Under the pieces are notes generated by a model that worked only from the letters and a program-made list of their open reading frames with translations, had not been told where the DNA came from and did not search any database. Below, piece after piece: positions 46,171-64,000 of a stretch of 64,000 nucleotides of DNA; within the stretch, counting starts at the first letter, position 1; every line of letters starts with the position of its first letter. Position numbers and translations under genes: made by a program. This stretch comes from the human T2T-CHM13v2.0 reference genome, Homo sapiens. The DNA lies in assembly GCF_009914755.1 (NCBI RefSeq), contig NC_060934.1; one strand, given 5' to 3'.

Positions 46171-48143
46171 ATTCTAGCAACGTCCCGGGTTAAATTAAAT
46201 TCAGTGCTTGCTCCTCCCTCTTCTCACTGTCTGAGCACCCTCCCTATAGTTCCCTCCAGCTTCTTTAGCCTGACTTTTGCCATCTCGTTTCCATTTTGTG
46301 ATCCTTTCCCTCTTGTCTTGTGTATTTTCTCGTGTAAGTTTTTTTGGTAATATATGTTAGGTCCTCGCTATTTTCAGGTCATTACAATTTTTACCTCTTT
46401 GCATCTCTTTTCAGCGACTTCTGCTTTTTTTTTTTGAGACGGCGTCTCGCTCTGTTGCCAGGCTGGAGTGCAGTGGTGATCTCGGTTCACTGCAACCTCC
46501 AACTCCCGGGTTCCAGCGATTCTCCTGCCTCAGCCTCCCAAGTAGCTGGGATTACAGGCGGGTGCCACCACGCCTGGCTAATTTTTGTATTTTTAGTAAA
46601 GACGGGATTTCACCATGTTGGCCAGGATGGTCTCGATCTCCTGACCTTGTGATCTGCCTGCCTCGGCCTCCCATAATACTGGGACTACAGGTGTAAGCCA
46701 CCGCGCCTGGGCGAGACTTCTGCTTTGATTGAGCTTAGTAACACACACTCACCATGGGAGCAGGTGTGCTTTTAGGACAAGCTGACAGCCCTGGTGGAAG
46801 TGGGTGTTAGTTAAGGCAATCAGAAATCCTGGCAAGTGTAGTACGTGCTCTGGGAGGCAGGTTAAGCCACAATTGGCAATCAATGCCCTTGGTCACATTA
46901 GTGAGAACGCCCTGGCAGCCATGTGGAGGGTGGATTTGAGGACTTGGAGAGGTGTATTTAAGACATGGCTGCCACTCTCTAGGAGGAGAGTGAGAGAGCT
47001 TGGGCAGGAGTCGCAGTAGGGATGGTGTGGAACAGGCAGATTAGAGAGCCGCCCAGCAGCTGTCCTCTGCAGGGACTCCTTAAGAGGGAGGAGTCATGAC
47101 TGACCCCCAGCTTTCCAACACAGGTTGGGTGAGCTGTGATGCCACCAACCAAGGCAGGAATGCAGGCCTGTATGTCAGTGGGTTGTGGGGAAGGCTGGGT
47201 TTTGAATAAACTGAATGTGAGATGGCCTCAGAACATCCATGCAGAAACGTAAGCAGGCAGTGGAAAGTAAGGGCTAGAGAGAGATCTGAGTGTTACTGAC
47301 ATTAGGGTGTAGCTGAAACCCGAGGCATGGATGACAACGCTTCAGGAGAAAATCCAGAATGACGGAGATGCTGGAGACAGAAGCTGGTACGCATGAGCAC
47401 GGAGGGCCAGCCTGACAGAGGAGTGCAGAGGCAGAGAAGGAAAAGGCAGAAAGAAAAACCCAGGAGTGCATTATTGCATGTGGCAAGAGTCCAGAAGGGG
47501 TAGTGATCAGTAAGTGAACTGAAAGGGTCAGTAATCTAAGGGCTAAAAGTACATCACTTGAAATGGCAAGCAGGACGTCACTGGTATCTGAAAGGAAGAG
47601 TCTGCACAGAGCAGCAACAACGACACCAGACTGCGGGGGGTGGGAGGTGCCTATGAGCTGAGGGTATCAAGTAGAGACTCTTCATGAAAGTGTGTATGGG
47701 AAAAGATGCTCCAGAGGGAATAATAATGAGAAGGGGCTGCAGGGTGCAAGAGTCAGAGGACAAAATGAGACAATCTAGGTAAGGGCTTAGCACACTATCT
47801 CGCATTTACTAAGTGCTCAATGCACATAAAGGGCTTTTATCGCCCATTCATTAACTATATAATAATTTTAAATTTAAATGACAAAAATCAGTCCAAGGAG
47901 CCTGCATACCAGTCGGGGAGAAAAACAATCAACAAAATAAATAAATTATATGGTACATTTGCTAATAGCAAATGCTAAGAAGAAAAAATAAACTGGGGAA
48001 AGAAGATATCAAATGTTGAAGAAAAGGACACAATTTTAGATAGGGTGGCCTGGGCAGGCCTCGCTGAGAAGGTGGCTTGTAGGTAAAGACCCAAAGGAGG
48101 TGAGTAAAGTAACTATAATTAGGGAGTAATAGAAAAATATTAG

Positions 48144-48830
<687 letters not shown>

Positions 48831-49601
48831 TAACATGCTGTGTCATCATCATCAGCTGGTTTGTAAGGGCAGAAGCAAAGCCAAGTGGAAGCTGATCGTG
48901 CACGCAGCTGCTGCAAACACAAAGCTGCTCATGTGTGTGCTGAGGGGAAAGAGGGCAGTCCCAGACTGATCTTTCAGTCCCACCTGTACACGTGAAATAG
49001 CCGCACAACGGGACCATCTTCAGACCTAGAGGGCATTGACGCAGGCATCTCTGGAGGAACAGAAAAGTGGTAACTACATCTCAAATCAGTGCAGATGGAG
49101 AGTGTGTAATTTAGAGGTCACAAGACAGGAGTGTTTCTACCAGAACACTGATTTGGTGGTTAGAAACAGGAATCCGCTGATGCCATCTGGGAATAATTAA
49201 GACGAATGGGAAATACTTGCTCTGTGCCAAACCGAGCCCAACGCTGAGAGTAAGGTGGGTGTGTAATAAGCACTTACTGGATCACACTGAACAAGAGGAT
49301 TCAATGTTGCTTGTGACTGATGCATACAATGATTAAAAAGCCTGATCTAGACTAATAATTATTCTTTGCAATTCAGAGAGAAGGATCAAAAAAGGAAAAG
49401 AAAGAAAAGGAAAAAAAAGTAGAAAAAGAATCTAAATGCCTGAGGACTCATCCTATCTTTACTCCGTTTAAGAGGCTATAATATTTTTTAAAGCTAAATG
49501 TCAAGTGTTTCATTCCTTAAGTCACAGGCTTCCGTGGGTGGATGGGACAGGCCAGAAAAATGGGTTTTAAAGACAAAACCCCATTCTTAAACTCAGGTTA
49601 A

Positions 49602-49994
<393 letters not shown>

Positions 49995-50617
49995 TAAAAC
50001 AAACAAAAACCCTCAAGATTAAAACTTGATAGCTTAACTAGCAGTGCTTAGAATATATAAAAGTTTTTATTAATTTCTTGTAAATGCCTGTGTAAACAGA
50101 TTATAAGTATGTCCTTCTTGGCTACGAAACCAAAAGTGAACCATTGTAATGGCCAAGTAAAAGCTTATGAAGGAAGAAATTAAATGGGCCAACTGCATTT
50201 TATAGCTCAAGCTAATAGCAACGTATGTGATATTTTTGTTATTATTATCACAGCCTTACCATGCAGCAGTTACTATAAGATATTTCATATGTTTGTGAAA
50301 GTGTGTATGCTATATTATATTCATGCATGGTACATGCTTCTCTAAGGATCCCACAGCCTGATCGCGCAAACGTTATCTATTCTACTTTAAGAGTACAAAG
50401 AGTGAAATATGGACTATGGGAAGATTATGACTGTGCTTGGGACTCCATAATGTGCCTGTCATGGAGCTGGGAACTCAGCCCCCTGATCACTGGGAACTCC
50501 TCAGTAGGAGTGGAACATGCAGGATGAGGGAAGGGAGGAAGTGGAGGAGATGGAAAACTGGCTTCCAACTGGTTTCGCTGAATCTGTGACTGACTTAAGA
50601 AGCAGGATATGAATTAC

Positions 50618-50650
50618 CATGCACTTTATTGCCTCCTCTTGGAAACATCC
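50618..50650 (-). other. ANKRD16: ANKRD16 exon 7 3'UTR segment with AATAAA (50625-50630) and splice donor ATG|GTAATT
   Basis: 33 nt after the stop: GGATGTTTCCAAGAGGAGGCAATAAAGTGCATG|GTAATTC. Confidence 0.75.
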
Positions 50651-50866
<216 letters not shown>

Positions 50867-51123
50867 TCATGAGTTGATAGTGCCCAATAAAAATATCAAT
50901 TCTTTCAATATCTTCCGTAATCCATCTTCACAACTTCACCTATACTAGATCAAAATATTTTTGTTTCTAACCTGATTGGGTTGAAAATAGTTTTAAAGAT
51001 AACAAAACCAGTTAGAGAGGATTTAAGAAATTTATCTAGGCTGGGCGTGGTGGCTCATGCCTGTAATCCCAGCACTCTGGGAGGCTGAGGTAGGCAGATC
51101 ATGAGGTCAAGAGTGTGAGACTA

Positions 51124-51336
<213 letters not shown>

Positions 51337-51774
51337 CTAAAGCAAGAAGCAACAGAGCAAGTTAACAAGATACAGGATACATCCTCTTCATATGCCTGAA
51401 TGCTCTGGAAACACACTTTAAATGGTACAAAAAACTTTCTAAAAGGCTTGTTGAATTTGCTTTGTAAGTAAAAATATCACCACAAATAATCACGTAGCCA
51501 AAAAAACACTTTTGAACAAGCTTCCCACTCTGGATGCAGAAATCAGCACTGAGGTTCCTGGTGTGCTGAGTTCAGGGGCACTGGTGATTCTGCTGCTTTA
51601 CCTCCAGCAGAGAAGCTGTGTCCCTTCCTGGGCAGAGCAGCTGCCCTTTCCAGCCCTAGAGTGAGTAGTTAGGTACCTGCGAGTCTTTGAAGCATCAGAA
51701 AGATCCCACTAGGCCAGGCGCGGTGGCTCATGCCTGTAATCCCTGCACTTTGGGAGGGCGAGGTGGGCAGATCA

Positions 51775-52008
<234 letters not shown>

Positions 52009-52823
52009 CTAAACCCTTGCAAGATGGCCTTTGGCTCACAGAATGTTAGAGGGTTTATTTTAAAGTCCAAGTCTAAAGAATTTGCTCTCAGCATATGTTT
52101 CTGAATATTCTAAATAAAAAAAATCATAATGAATATAGTTTCTAAATATACTCCAAAATGGATGACCTGTGAAGAATTGATACGATACCTGGCTAGCAGG
52201 TGTCATCATGGATTAGAAAGAAACTGCTTTTATGATGCAGTTTATGTTATGGTTTAAATAACATATGGTTTAAAATAACAACAAAGATTAACAACAGCAG
52301 TTGTAATGAGTGGCAGTCATCATCACTGTTATAATAACAACAATTATATGAAGGCTTTGCAGAGAAAAAGATATTTTAAGGAAAAGTAGCTGAGCTATTA
52401 GAAGAATAACATTAAGGCTGGTCACAGTGGCTCATGCCTGTAATCCCAGCACTTTGGGAGGCCAAGGCAGGTAGATTGTTTGAGGTCAGGAGTTCAAGAC
52501 CAGCCTGGCCAACATAGGGAAACCCCATCTGTACTAAAAATACAAAAATTAGCCAGGCATGGTGGTGCATGCCTGTAATTCCAGCTACTTGGGAGGCTGA
52601 GACATGAGAATCACTTGAGCCAGGAGGTGGATGTTGCAGAGAGCTGAGATGGCGTGCCACTGCACTCCAGCCTGGGCAACAGAGGGAAACTCTTGTCTCA
52701 ACACCACCACCACTAAAAAAAAAAAAAAAAAAAAAAAAGGAAGAATATTAAAATCAATGTTTTAAATATAAAAGTGTATTGGTTATACTCAGTTTACTAA
52801 TTTCCAAGGCATATATAAAATTA

Positions 52824-53406
<583 letters not shown>

Positions 53407-53448
53407 CTTTAAACACAGACTCTAACATATATTAGGCACCTTTTCTAA

Positions 53449-53646
<198 letters not shown>

Positions 53647-53977
53647 TAAAGTAAGATATTGTATCATTCTCAATTCTAATATAAATCATTAAATAAATAT
53701 TTTGGTGACATTTAATTATTAGAATATAGATGATCAACTCTGTGAGCCAAATTACTGACCCAATGCAGTTAGTTTCCATCATTGTGAGCAGTACAAATCT
53801 TGTGATTTATACAGAACCCAAAACTCTAAAATTTCCCAAGCAAATATACTCTTTGTTGAAATCTTTAGGGGAGAGATAAACTAGAAAAGATCATAACCGC
53901 TCATAAATGGGAATTCCTATTACAGCTAGTAGGAATTATTATAATAAATATTTTATAAAATAAAAATATTATTTATA

Positions 53978-53980
<3 letters not shown>

Positions 53981-54008
<28 letters not shown>
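53981..54008. repeat. (AT)14 microsatellite at an Alu tail
   Basis: Read directly from the sequence. Confidence 0.9.
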
Positions 54009-54011
<3 letters not shown>

Positions 54012-54012
54012 A

Positions 54013-54129
<117 letters not shown>

Positions 54130-54216
54130 TAGTGGCATGTGTCACCACCCCCAGCTAATTTTTTTGTATTTTTTAGTAGAGACAGGGTTTCACCATGTTG
54201 GCCAGGATGGTCTTGA

Positions 54217-54418
<202 letters not shown>

Positions 54419-55516
54419 TAGCCAGGATGGTCTCGATCTCCTGACCTCACGATCCACCTGCCTCAGCCTCCCAAAGTGCTGGGATTACAGGCTTGAGCCA
54501 CTGCGCCTGGCCGGTCTCGATCTCTTGACCCCGTGATCCGCCTGCCTTGGCCTCCCAAAGTACTGGGATTACAGGAGTGAGCCACTGCGCCTGGCCTATA
54601 AAATAATTTATACACTCTTTGTCTAGCCAGTTAGTCTGCTACTATGTGATGAGACTACAGTTAAGGTTCCAGGTTCACTCTTCCTATGGGAGCACCCTGC
54701 GGCCACAGAGCACATCATGTGTATCTACCCAGCTGCTCGAAAGCAGGACATCAGGCAGGAAAATGTAATTGATCAGAAAAACAAGTAGGCCGGGCATGGT
54801 GGCTCACGCCTGTAATCCCAGCACTTTGGGAGGCCGAGGTGGGTGGATCACAAGGTCAAAAGTTCGAGACCAACCTGGCCAACGTGGTGAAACCCCGTCT
54901 CTACCAAGAATACAAAAATTAGCCAGGCATGGTGGCAGGCACCTGTAATCCAGCCTGGGCAAAAAAGCAAGACTTTATCTCAAAACAAAAACAAAAACAA
55001 ACAAACAAACCAAAAAAAAAAAACAAAAAATAAGTAAAAGCATAGAGCCAATAGATAATGTTAAGGATAATATGCAAAACGCTCCTAGCATTTAAAACAG
55101 CTACTTTTCCAGTGAAAATGTTTGCTTATCTTCAATATACCCCAGAGAGCCTAGTAAATGCAATTCTCTTGCCCTGGCTGAAGAGTTCTTAACTTCTGAA
55201 ATCCAGTATAAGAACAGAGAGCCAGGAATTTCATACAATGGGTATTTATAGCTTCAAATAACATTATTCCTGAAAACAAAAACCTGTGTGTGAGGGGGAG
55301 GCACTTTATGGAGTAAAAGGCTTTTTTTTAAAGTTTTGTCTAGCAACAAATTCAAGTCAGGTTTCTATTTAAAGAGATAAAGCGCTTCAGAATCCTGACC
55401 ATTTCAGAAGAATATCATGGGCAATTTCTTCCATAGAGATGGGGTCAAAGAAACCAGGCTGCAGAGCTACTGATCAAAGAAGTAAGGCAAGCCTCAGGGA
55501 AGCTGGGACAACGTTA

Positions 55517-55693
<177 letters not shown>

Positions 55694-56491
55694 CTAGTGG
55701 GCAGAGGAGAGAAAGGAGCAAAGGTCAAAGATAAGAAACAGGGCAACTTAGATCTGGGCATCTGCTGGCACTTCAGCAAAACTGAGCTGTTTACGCACAA
55801 CTCTCTGGGCAGAGGATATGTGGCTTTTGTCTGATTTTCAAAGGATTCTTTTTTTTTGAGACGAAGTCTCACTCTGTTGCTCAGGGTGGAGTGCAGTGGC
55901 ACAATCTTGGCTCACTACAACCTCCATCTCCTTGGTTCAAGCGAGTCTCTTGCTTCAGCCTCAGGTGTGTGCCACCACACCTGGCTAATTTTTATATTTT
56001 TAGTAGAGATGGGTTTTAACATGTTGGCTAGGCTGGTCTCAAATTCCTGACCTTAGACGACCCACCCGCTTTGGCCTCCCAAAGTGCTGGGATTACAGGC
56101 ATGAGCCATCACGCCCTGCTCTCAAAAAAGGGCTCTCTAATCAAAAAGATGGTTATGATTCAATGTTCCAGGCTATGGTGCCAAAAGCACTATCAGCAGA
56201 GACAGTTTGTTGTTATTATTGCTATAAAACAGCTACCATTTACTGAATATTTTGCTAACTGCTTTATGTACATTATATTATTTAATCCTTGTAAAACTTT
56301 CTGAAGAAACTACATTTCTCTCCATTTTACAGATGGGAACACTGGTGCTTAAAGAGGTCACCAAGTTCCAGAGAGAGAGTTTGGAGGGGCTGGGGAATGG
56401 AACCTGGGATCTGAGTAACAATGTGCTCTGCTTAACCTGTGACCTAAAATTTATAGGAAGAACCAAAAGAATAAAAACACAACCATTTTTA

Positions 56492-56638
<147 letters not shown>

Positions 56639-56925
56639 TCACCACCTCAAACCCAGGGGACAGTTGACACCTGATCACCTGCAGGTGAACTGCATGTGTG
56701 CAAATGACCTGTGAGCGTGGAGCTCTCTCTATTCTCCCCCATCTCAGTGTCCGAACTGAGCACTAAGCCTTCAGGAGCATGATGGTCTTCCCTAGCAGAC
56801 CTGCTGCTCCTCTAACCTTCTCCATCCCATTTGACAGCACTTGGTCTCTTCAGCTTCCTGCACCACAGACCTGGAAGCCACCCCTTGCCACTGCCTTTCC
56901 TGCATCCTTCATAATCAATTGATTA

Positions 56926-57263
<338 letters not shown>

Positions 57264-58250
57264 CTAAAAAAAAAAAAAAAAAAAAAGGAAAATCCTCAAT
57301 GTGGCTGATAGCATTCATTCTCCCACCCCTTCACTGTTCAGGCTCAGCATATTCTAGGCGTCTTTTGTTTTCTTAAATGTACCACAGTTGTTCCTGGTTT
57401 GGAGCATCCGTGGGTGCTGTTATTGCTGTCTGGAATGGTCCCTTGCCTCCCGCTTTCAGCTAATTTCTTTTTCTCCTTCAGGTCACAGCTTAAACCCTGG
57501 CGCTGAGATTCTTTACTCTTAAGCCAAATTGGGTCTTCCCATTATTTGTTCTGTAGGGATCCTGCAAGTCCTTGTAATGCACAACAGACTTTCGGGACTC
57601 CTTCATGGTCTGTCTTTCCTGCCAGTCTGTTGAGTTCCAGGAGGGTAGAAACTACATGTGTCTTCTTTCTGTTGTGGCCCTTGCACCTGGTACAGGGCTT
57701 TATTTATTTTTTATTTATTTTTTTTTGAGACAGAGTCTTGCTCTGTTGCCAAGGCTGGACTGCAGTGGCGCGATCTCGGCTCACTGCAAGCTCCGCCTCT
57801 TGGGTTCACGCCATTCTCCTGCCTCAGCTTCCTGAGTAGCTGGGACTACAGGCGCCCGCCACCGCGCCCGGCTAATTTTTTTTGAATTTTTAGTAGAGAC
57901 AGGGTTTCACTGTGTTAGCCAGGATGGTCTCGATCTTCTGACCTTGTGATCCGCCCGCCTCGGCCTCGCAAAGTGCTGGGATTACAGGCGTGAGCCACCG
58001 AGCACTAAATGAATGTATAAATGCTCGTTGAAAAAAATAGAGAAATGGATGATTTTGCCGCTGAAAACATTTTCCCCAGATATTTGTTATTTTTGTTTCA
58101 TATTCTTTATCTGCTATGTCTTTTGTTCATTTTTCTTTTGAAAGCCTAATTTTTTTCTTAAAAATGTGTCTGAGCTCTTTATGTAGCACTGATATCAACT
58201 CTTTGTCATAGTTAGCAAATATTTTCCCTGACTTGCTGTATTGTTCTTAC

Positions 58251-58293
58251 CTCTTAAGAAGCACCTTGACTGCCTCCAAATGGCCATGCATTG
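58251..58293 (-). CDS. ANKRD16: ANKRD16 coding exon 3
   Basis: ctcccag|CA ATG CAT GGC...AAG AG|gtaag; 43 nt, AMHGHLEAVKVLLKR; phases match neighbouring exons; not in the ORF track. Confidence 0.94.
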
Positions 58294-58904
58294 CTGGGAG
58301 GAGAAAGAAAGCTGAGAATTAGAGCTTTTTAGTGCACACACAAAATGCTTCCTGCCTCCTGGCTTTGCTCTCTGCCCCGTTCTATTAGTGATAGCTTACA
58401 AGAAGGAGTCATTAAATTGGGTACACTGTTACCGCCCTACACGAATAAATATTTAACTGGATAAAGCGGTAAACAATAATGTTTTCACTTTATATGTACA
58501 CAGCCAACACTTGATTATCTTATCTTCACGTGCACTTTCATGGGAAACTTTCAATCCTAAAGTTACACTTCTGTGCTGTGGATCCCCAAGACTAGTCCAT
58601 TTTTGCCCAGGAAATGCAAAATATTGTAACAGTAATCCATGGCAAAATAGCCTGGATTTAATTCCCCTACTAAAAGTAACTATACTCAAAGGTTATGACT
58701 ATTTGTCTTCCACTATTTTGGGTGAATGATGGAGTGCTGATTGTTTCTCCAGGGGAGAAACTGGTCAAATAATTCATGAGCTAAAAAAAAGTTTTCTACT
58801 TACTTAAGAAGTTTTAGAAATGATTCCTTGGTCCCTAATTGCCAACTGTGGCTCATGCCTGTAATCCCAGCACTTTGGGAGGCCAAGGTGGGTGGATCAC
58901 TTCA

Positions 58905-59172
<268 letters not shown>

Positions 59173-59868
59173 TTAGAGAAACTAAAAGCCCTCTATCCTA
59201 ATCAATGTACTACCTAGAAAGCTACAAGTTATATTCTGAATTTCTTAATCTAGACTCTTGAGCTCCTTAATATCTAACTTCTGAAATTACAGTAATTTTA
59301 CTTTTTACTAATTGTTTTCTTTTTACTTTCTTCAAACAAATGAGCAAATTGAAACTTTTTACTAAAATAATCTACAAATAGATAATTCAGAGTTAAGAGT
59401 CACTACTCCAAATAATAAAAACTGTAACCCAAATTTACATTAGATGTTATTGGGCCAAGGTATTTAATTATGAGTATCTATATTTATTTAAAAGTATAGC
59501 ACTATGGTAGGTGTTACTAAGGCTATGAGGATATATATTTCCCTCCTGCCTTTAAGAGTAAGAATGTAAACATGATAAAGAAAATAGCACTAACCAGTTA
59601 TTTTGTGCTATGTGCCAAGCATTGTCTAAAGGATTTACATACATCATGCTCTTTAAACTCTACAACAACCCTGAGACATACCATCACTGACATTATTATT
59701 TGGTTGATGAGGAAACTTGCTCAAGAGAGAGACTAATTTCCTTACCCAAGGTCAAAGACTATGTGCTACAGAACCAGCTCATGGGCAAATAATCTAGGGA
59801 GGATAACACAGATACACACGAAAAATAAACTAATACCACAGCATGCTAGCCAAGTTATGTTAACTTTA

Positions 59869-60618
<750 letters not shown>

Positions 60619-61567
60619 TCAGATGGAGGCAGCTGAGACATTAGAAGCCAGGGGCCAGGTCTTCAAAACACACACATCCTTGGCACAGATGGAAAACCTA
60701 GAGGATTCAGGGGTCTGGCAGGCAGGAAAACAGCTTTGACCGGCAACCTCTGTGCCTTCTGTGAGGACCCTGGGAGAAATAATAAGGGGAAAATGATTGT
60801 AACGAACGTGTACCTAGAGGAGAGGGTGCCTGGGAGACAAAGCAGCTTATAAGCTAGTTCACAGGATAGCAGTGAATTGGAGCAGAGCTAAGAAAACCCA
60901 CAGACAACCCTCAACACATAACGAAGTCTATTCCCCTGCCCCAGTGGGGAAGATGTACTTCCCTATGTTCCTAAAGATGTTCACGCCCTCTAACGAACCT
61001 GACCTAGTGAGTACTAAAATCAGTGTCAATCTAACAAACGAAATGCAATTGGCTTGTGTGATGGTGGAGCAGAGTATCTCTGACTGTGGTGGTTATGCAA
61101 GGCTGCACGTATGTGATACAACTGCACTGTGCTCTACACACACAAGCGCGTGTATAACTCAGGAATTCTGGATATTGATTGGAGCAATGCCACTTGAAAC
61201 AATGCATTGGTGCAGAAGTAACTTAGCTAAATGTCCCCAGAACATCGCATCCGGAGGCTATCTGTATAGTGCACACACTTCATTGTTTGGTAACATTCTC
61301 TTTGGTTATATTCTACACTATTCCGTGCTCTAGAAAGGGAGGTGACTGCCCCGACCAGTTAACCCACAAGGGCAGGAACGAGGGACTCTGCAGGTCATCT
61401 GCGTTATAAGGGAAAGTTGGGCAGGAGGTCCCTGCCGCTGAGCAGGCCTGGGGTGAGAACTAGGAGCTGAGAACAGCTACGGTGTCCAAGGGGACGGAGA
61501 AGCACAGGGAACTCGCTACGACTCTGCGAGTAGAGGGGAGGCGGGGTGTCTTTCCGCTCCACACCTA

Positions 61568-61978
<411 letters not shown>

Positions 61979-62734
61979 TCACGCAACCTGCCCCGCGCGC
62001 CCCGAACCCGGCAGAACCGCCCCTCACGCCCCCGGCTTTGTCCCCGGCAGAGCCGCCTCCTCAAACCCCCGGCCTAGTCCGCAGGCGGGCTGCCCCCTCA
62101 CAGCCCCGGCCTGCCCCGCGTGGGAGAAGCCGCGGTTCCGGGCACGGGGCGGTTTTTCCTCAGGGACGGAGCGGTCCGGGATGAGCACGGAGGGGCCTGG
62201 GGATCCGAGAGCGCTGGCGTCCGCCGTCCTGGAGCTGCAGCGGCCCGTACGTGATTCGGGACTGAACACGTAAGGGAGTGGGGCGCGCCGCTACACCGCA
62301 AAGCCCCAAAGTGGAGGGTCCGGGAGGGCGCGCACAGCCTCGCCCGGCGCCGTGCAGGGTGGCTCCTGAGGCAGCCAGGCCCAAGCGTGACCTGCCCCGC
62401 ACGCGTCCTCAGGGCCGCCCCAGCCTCCAGCCCCTGGGGGCCGGCGTTCCTGGGCTCCGCCCCCGTCCCCGCCCCTCGACCGCCGCTGCTCCGCGGGGAC
62501 TCGGGGAGCTCGAAGGAACTCTGGGAAAGTTTCCCGCTCCGCCCCGGCCCGAGCGGAAGCGCGGATGGGGCGTGGCCCGGTAGCTGTGGCCGCGCCCCCA
62601 CCGATTGCGCATTTCGATTGGCGTTAGTGGCCGTCCGTCAGCACGCCCCCTCCGGTCTCGCGTCCCGATTGGTCGCGGGGGCCGTCAGTCCGGCTCCGGC
62701 GGCGGGCGCTTCCCGGGGCTGCGGCGGGGCGGAG

Positions 62735-62874
62735 CTCGCGGAGGAAGTCGGCGGGCGTCTCGGGCTCCAGGTCCCGGCCAGAGGAGGAGCTCGCTGCCGG
62801 GGGACGCTGGGCTGAGCGGCCGGCGGCGCGGGCCCGGCGGCGGCGGCAGCGGGGTCCGGGTCCGGAGCGCCACA
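62735..62874 (+). other. FBH1: Probable FBH1 (FBXO18) first exon; start approximate
   Basis: GC-rich stretch divergent from ANKRD16 ending GCGCCACA|GTGCGT (donor). The gene name comes from the known ANKRD16/FBH1 head-to-head arrangement; no FBH1 protein sequence lies in the window. Confidence 0.65.
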
Positions 62875-64000
62875 GTGCGTGAGGCCGCAGACGTGGCAGG
62901 GAGTGTGGGAGGGGCTCCGCCGTGTGGAAAACTTAACCTCCGGGGTCCTGCGCGGGGGGTCCGGGCCCGGGGTGGGGCAGCGGGGGCCCCGGGGGCGCGA
63001 GGCTGGGCTCGGGCAAGCGCGGGCGTGGGGGCTCGGCCGTCCGGGCCGTGGGCAGGTGGAGGGCGCGGCGGGGGTGCGCGGGGGAGGCCAGGGCGCTCAC
63101 TGAACTCGGTCGGGAGCGGCCCCCGCGCTGCCCCCCGAGGCCAGGAAGGCGCAGCGTGTGGGTCCTCGGGGCTGAAGGGGCAAGCGCGGGGACGTGGCCT
63201 CGGCTGCTAGGAGGCCAGGCTTTCCCGTCTACTCTGACGTTTTGACCTTGGGCAAGTCATTTTTCGCTGCCCTCTGCCCCTGTGTCATCGGTAGCTTCTC
63301 TGCCCCTCCTCTGAGCATGGGAAGCCTAAGGCGATGTGGGAGGCCTGGCGCTGGTGGAGGGCACGGCGAGAGCTGGGCAGGCTGTGGGTGATGGAAGAGA
63401 TCAGTAGGTGTTGGGTTCCTTACCCGATCTGATTAGGTGCCAGTCACTTAACCTCTCCATGTTTTCGATTCCTTTAGGGAGTAGAATGGGAGTAGCTCCT
63501 ATTTGCCAGGCCTAAAAACGAGTGCCGTTTACATTTTTTATTGCAGTCTGTGGTCCGAAGACAACCCTATGAGGCATCAGTAGGGTTTTACAGGTGGGGA
63601 AGTGGAGGCCTAACCAAGTCAGTGACTTTCTTACAGAATTACAGGTAATAAAGTCTTCTGGAAGGCAGGATGGTAGCATGTGTTGAGTGTCCGCCAGCGT
63701 CTGCCGCTGTGGTAAAATGAGCGGAGATAAATGAAAAGACTTCTGGAATGGGCCCATGAAGATAAGTCCGTTTTACTCATGAGCAGATTGAGTTTGGTTA
63801 AGGTAACAGTGATGTGGATAGCCTCTGGAGACAGAACTAGTCCAAGTACCAGCTTTGCTCAGGTTATTGTTCTGTCGTGCCTTGTCACTCCAGCAAAAGA
63901 AAAAAAGGAAGGCATAAAAGTTGTTTGAAATGCACAAAAGTGTAGGGCGTGCCAAGCAGTGTTCTGCTGCCGTTGAAGTTAGTGCAAATTGGAAGTTGAG

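Overview
This is human (primate) genomic DNA, recognisable as the chr10p15.1 ANKRD16-FBH1 (FBXO18) locus; there are no prokaryotic features or CRISPR arrays. The minus strand carries the complete ANKRD16 CDS. I assembled it by hand from 7 coding exons (314+221+43+109+162+79+158 = 1086 nt, 361 aa), all with GT-AG junctions. A probable non-coding exon 8 lies ~15.4 kb further downstream. A CpG-island bidirectional promoter (~61.4-63.3 kb) is shared with the probable first exon of FBH1 (+). The rest of the window is very Alu-dense and contains a two-LTR HERV9/LTR12 provirus with a 4-bp TSD, an RPL12 processed pseudogene, a tRNA-Val(TAC) copy, several solo LTRs (MSTA, LTR18B, MER4, MLT1), a MER30 and old L1/L2/MIR fragments. 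Most notable observations: (1) the tRNA-Val(TAC) looks like a retroposed pre-tRNA/Alu template-switch chimera; (2) the ANKRD16 terminal exon appears built entirely from nested retroelements (MIR > RPL12 retrocopy > Alu) and is reached through a 3'UTR intron that competes with a proximal AATAAA, giving a possible splicing/polyadenylation/NMD switch; (3) the provirus is a mosaic, with a second foreign pol/RNase H segment, a leader deletion that fuses the PBS to the gag ATG, and a lost gag stop codon. Repeat subfamily names and boundaries without a TSD are by-eye estimates. I found no evidence for a wholly new gene system.
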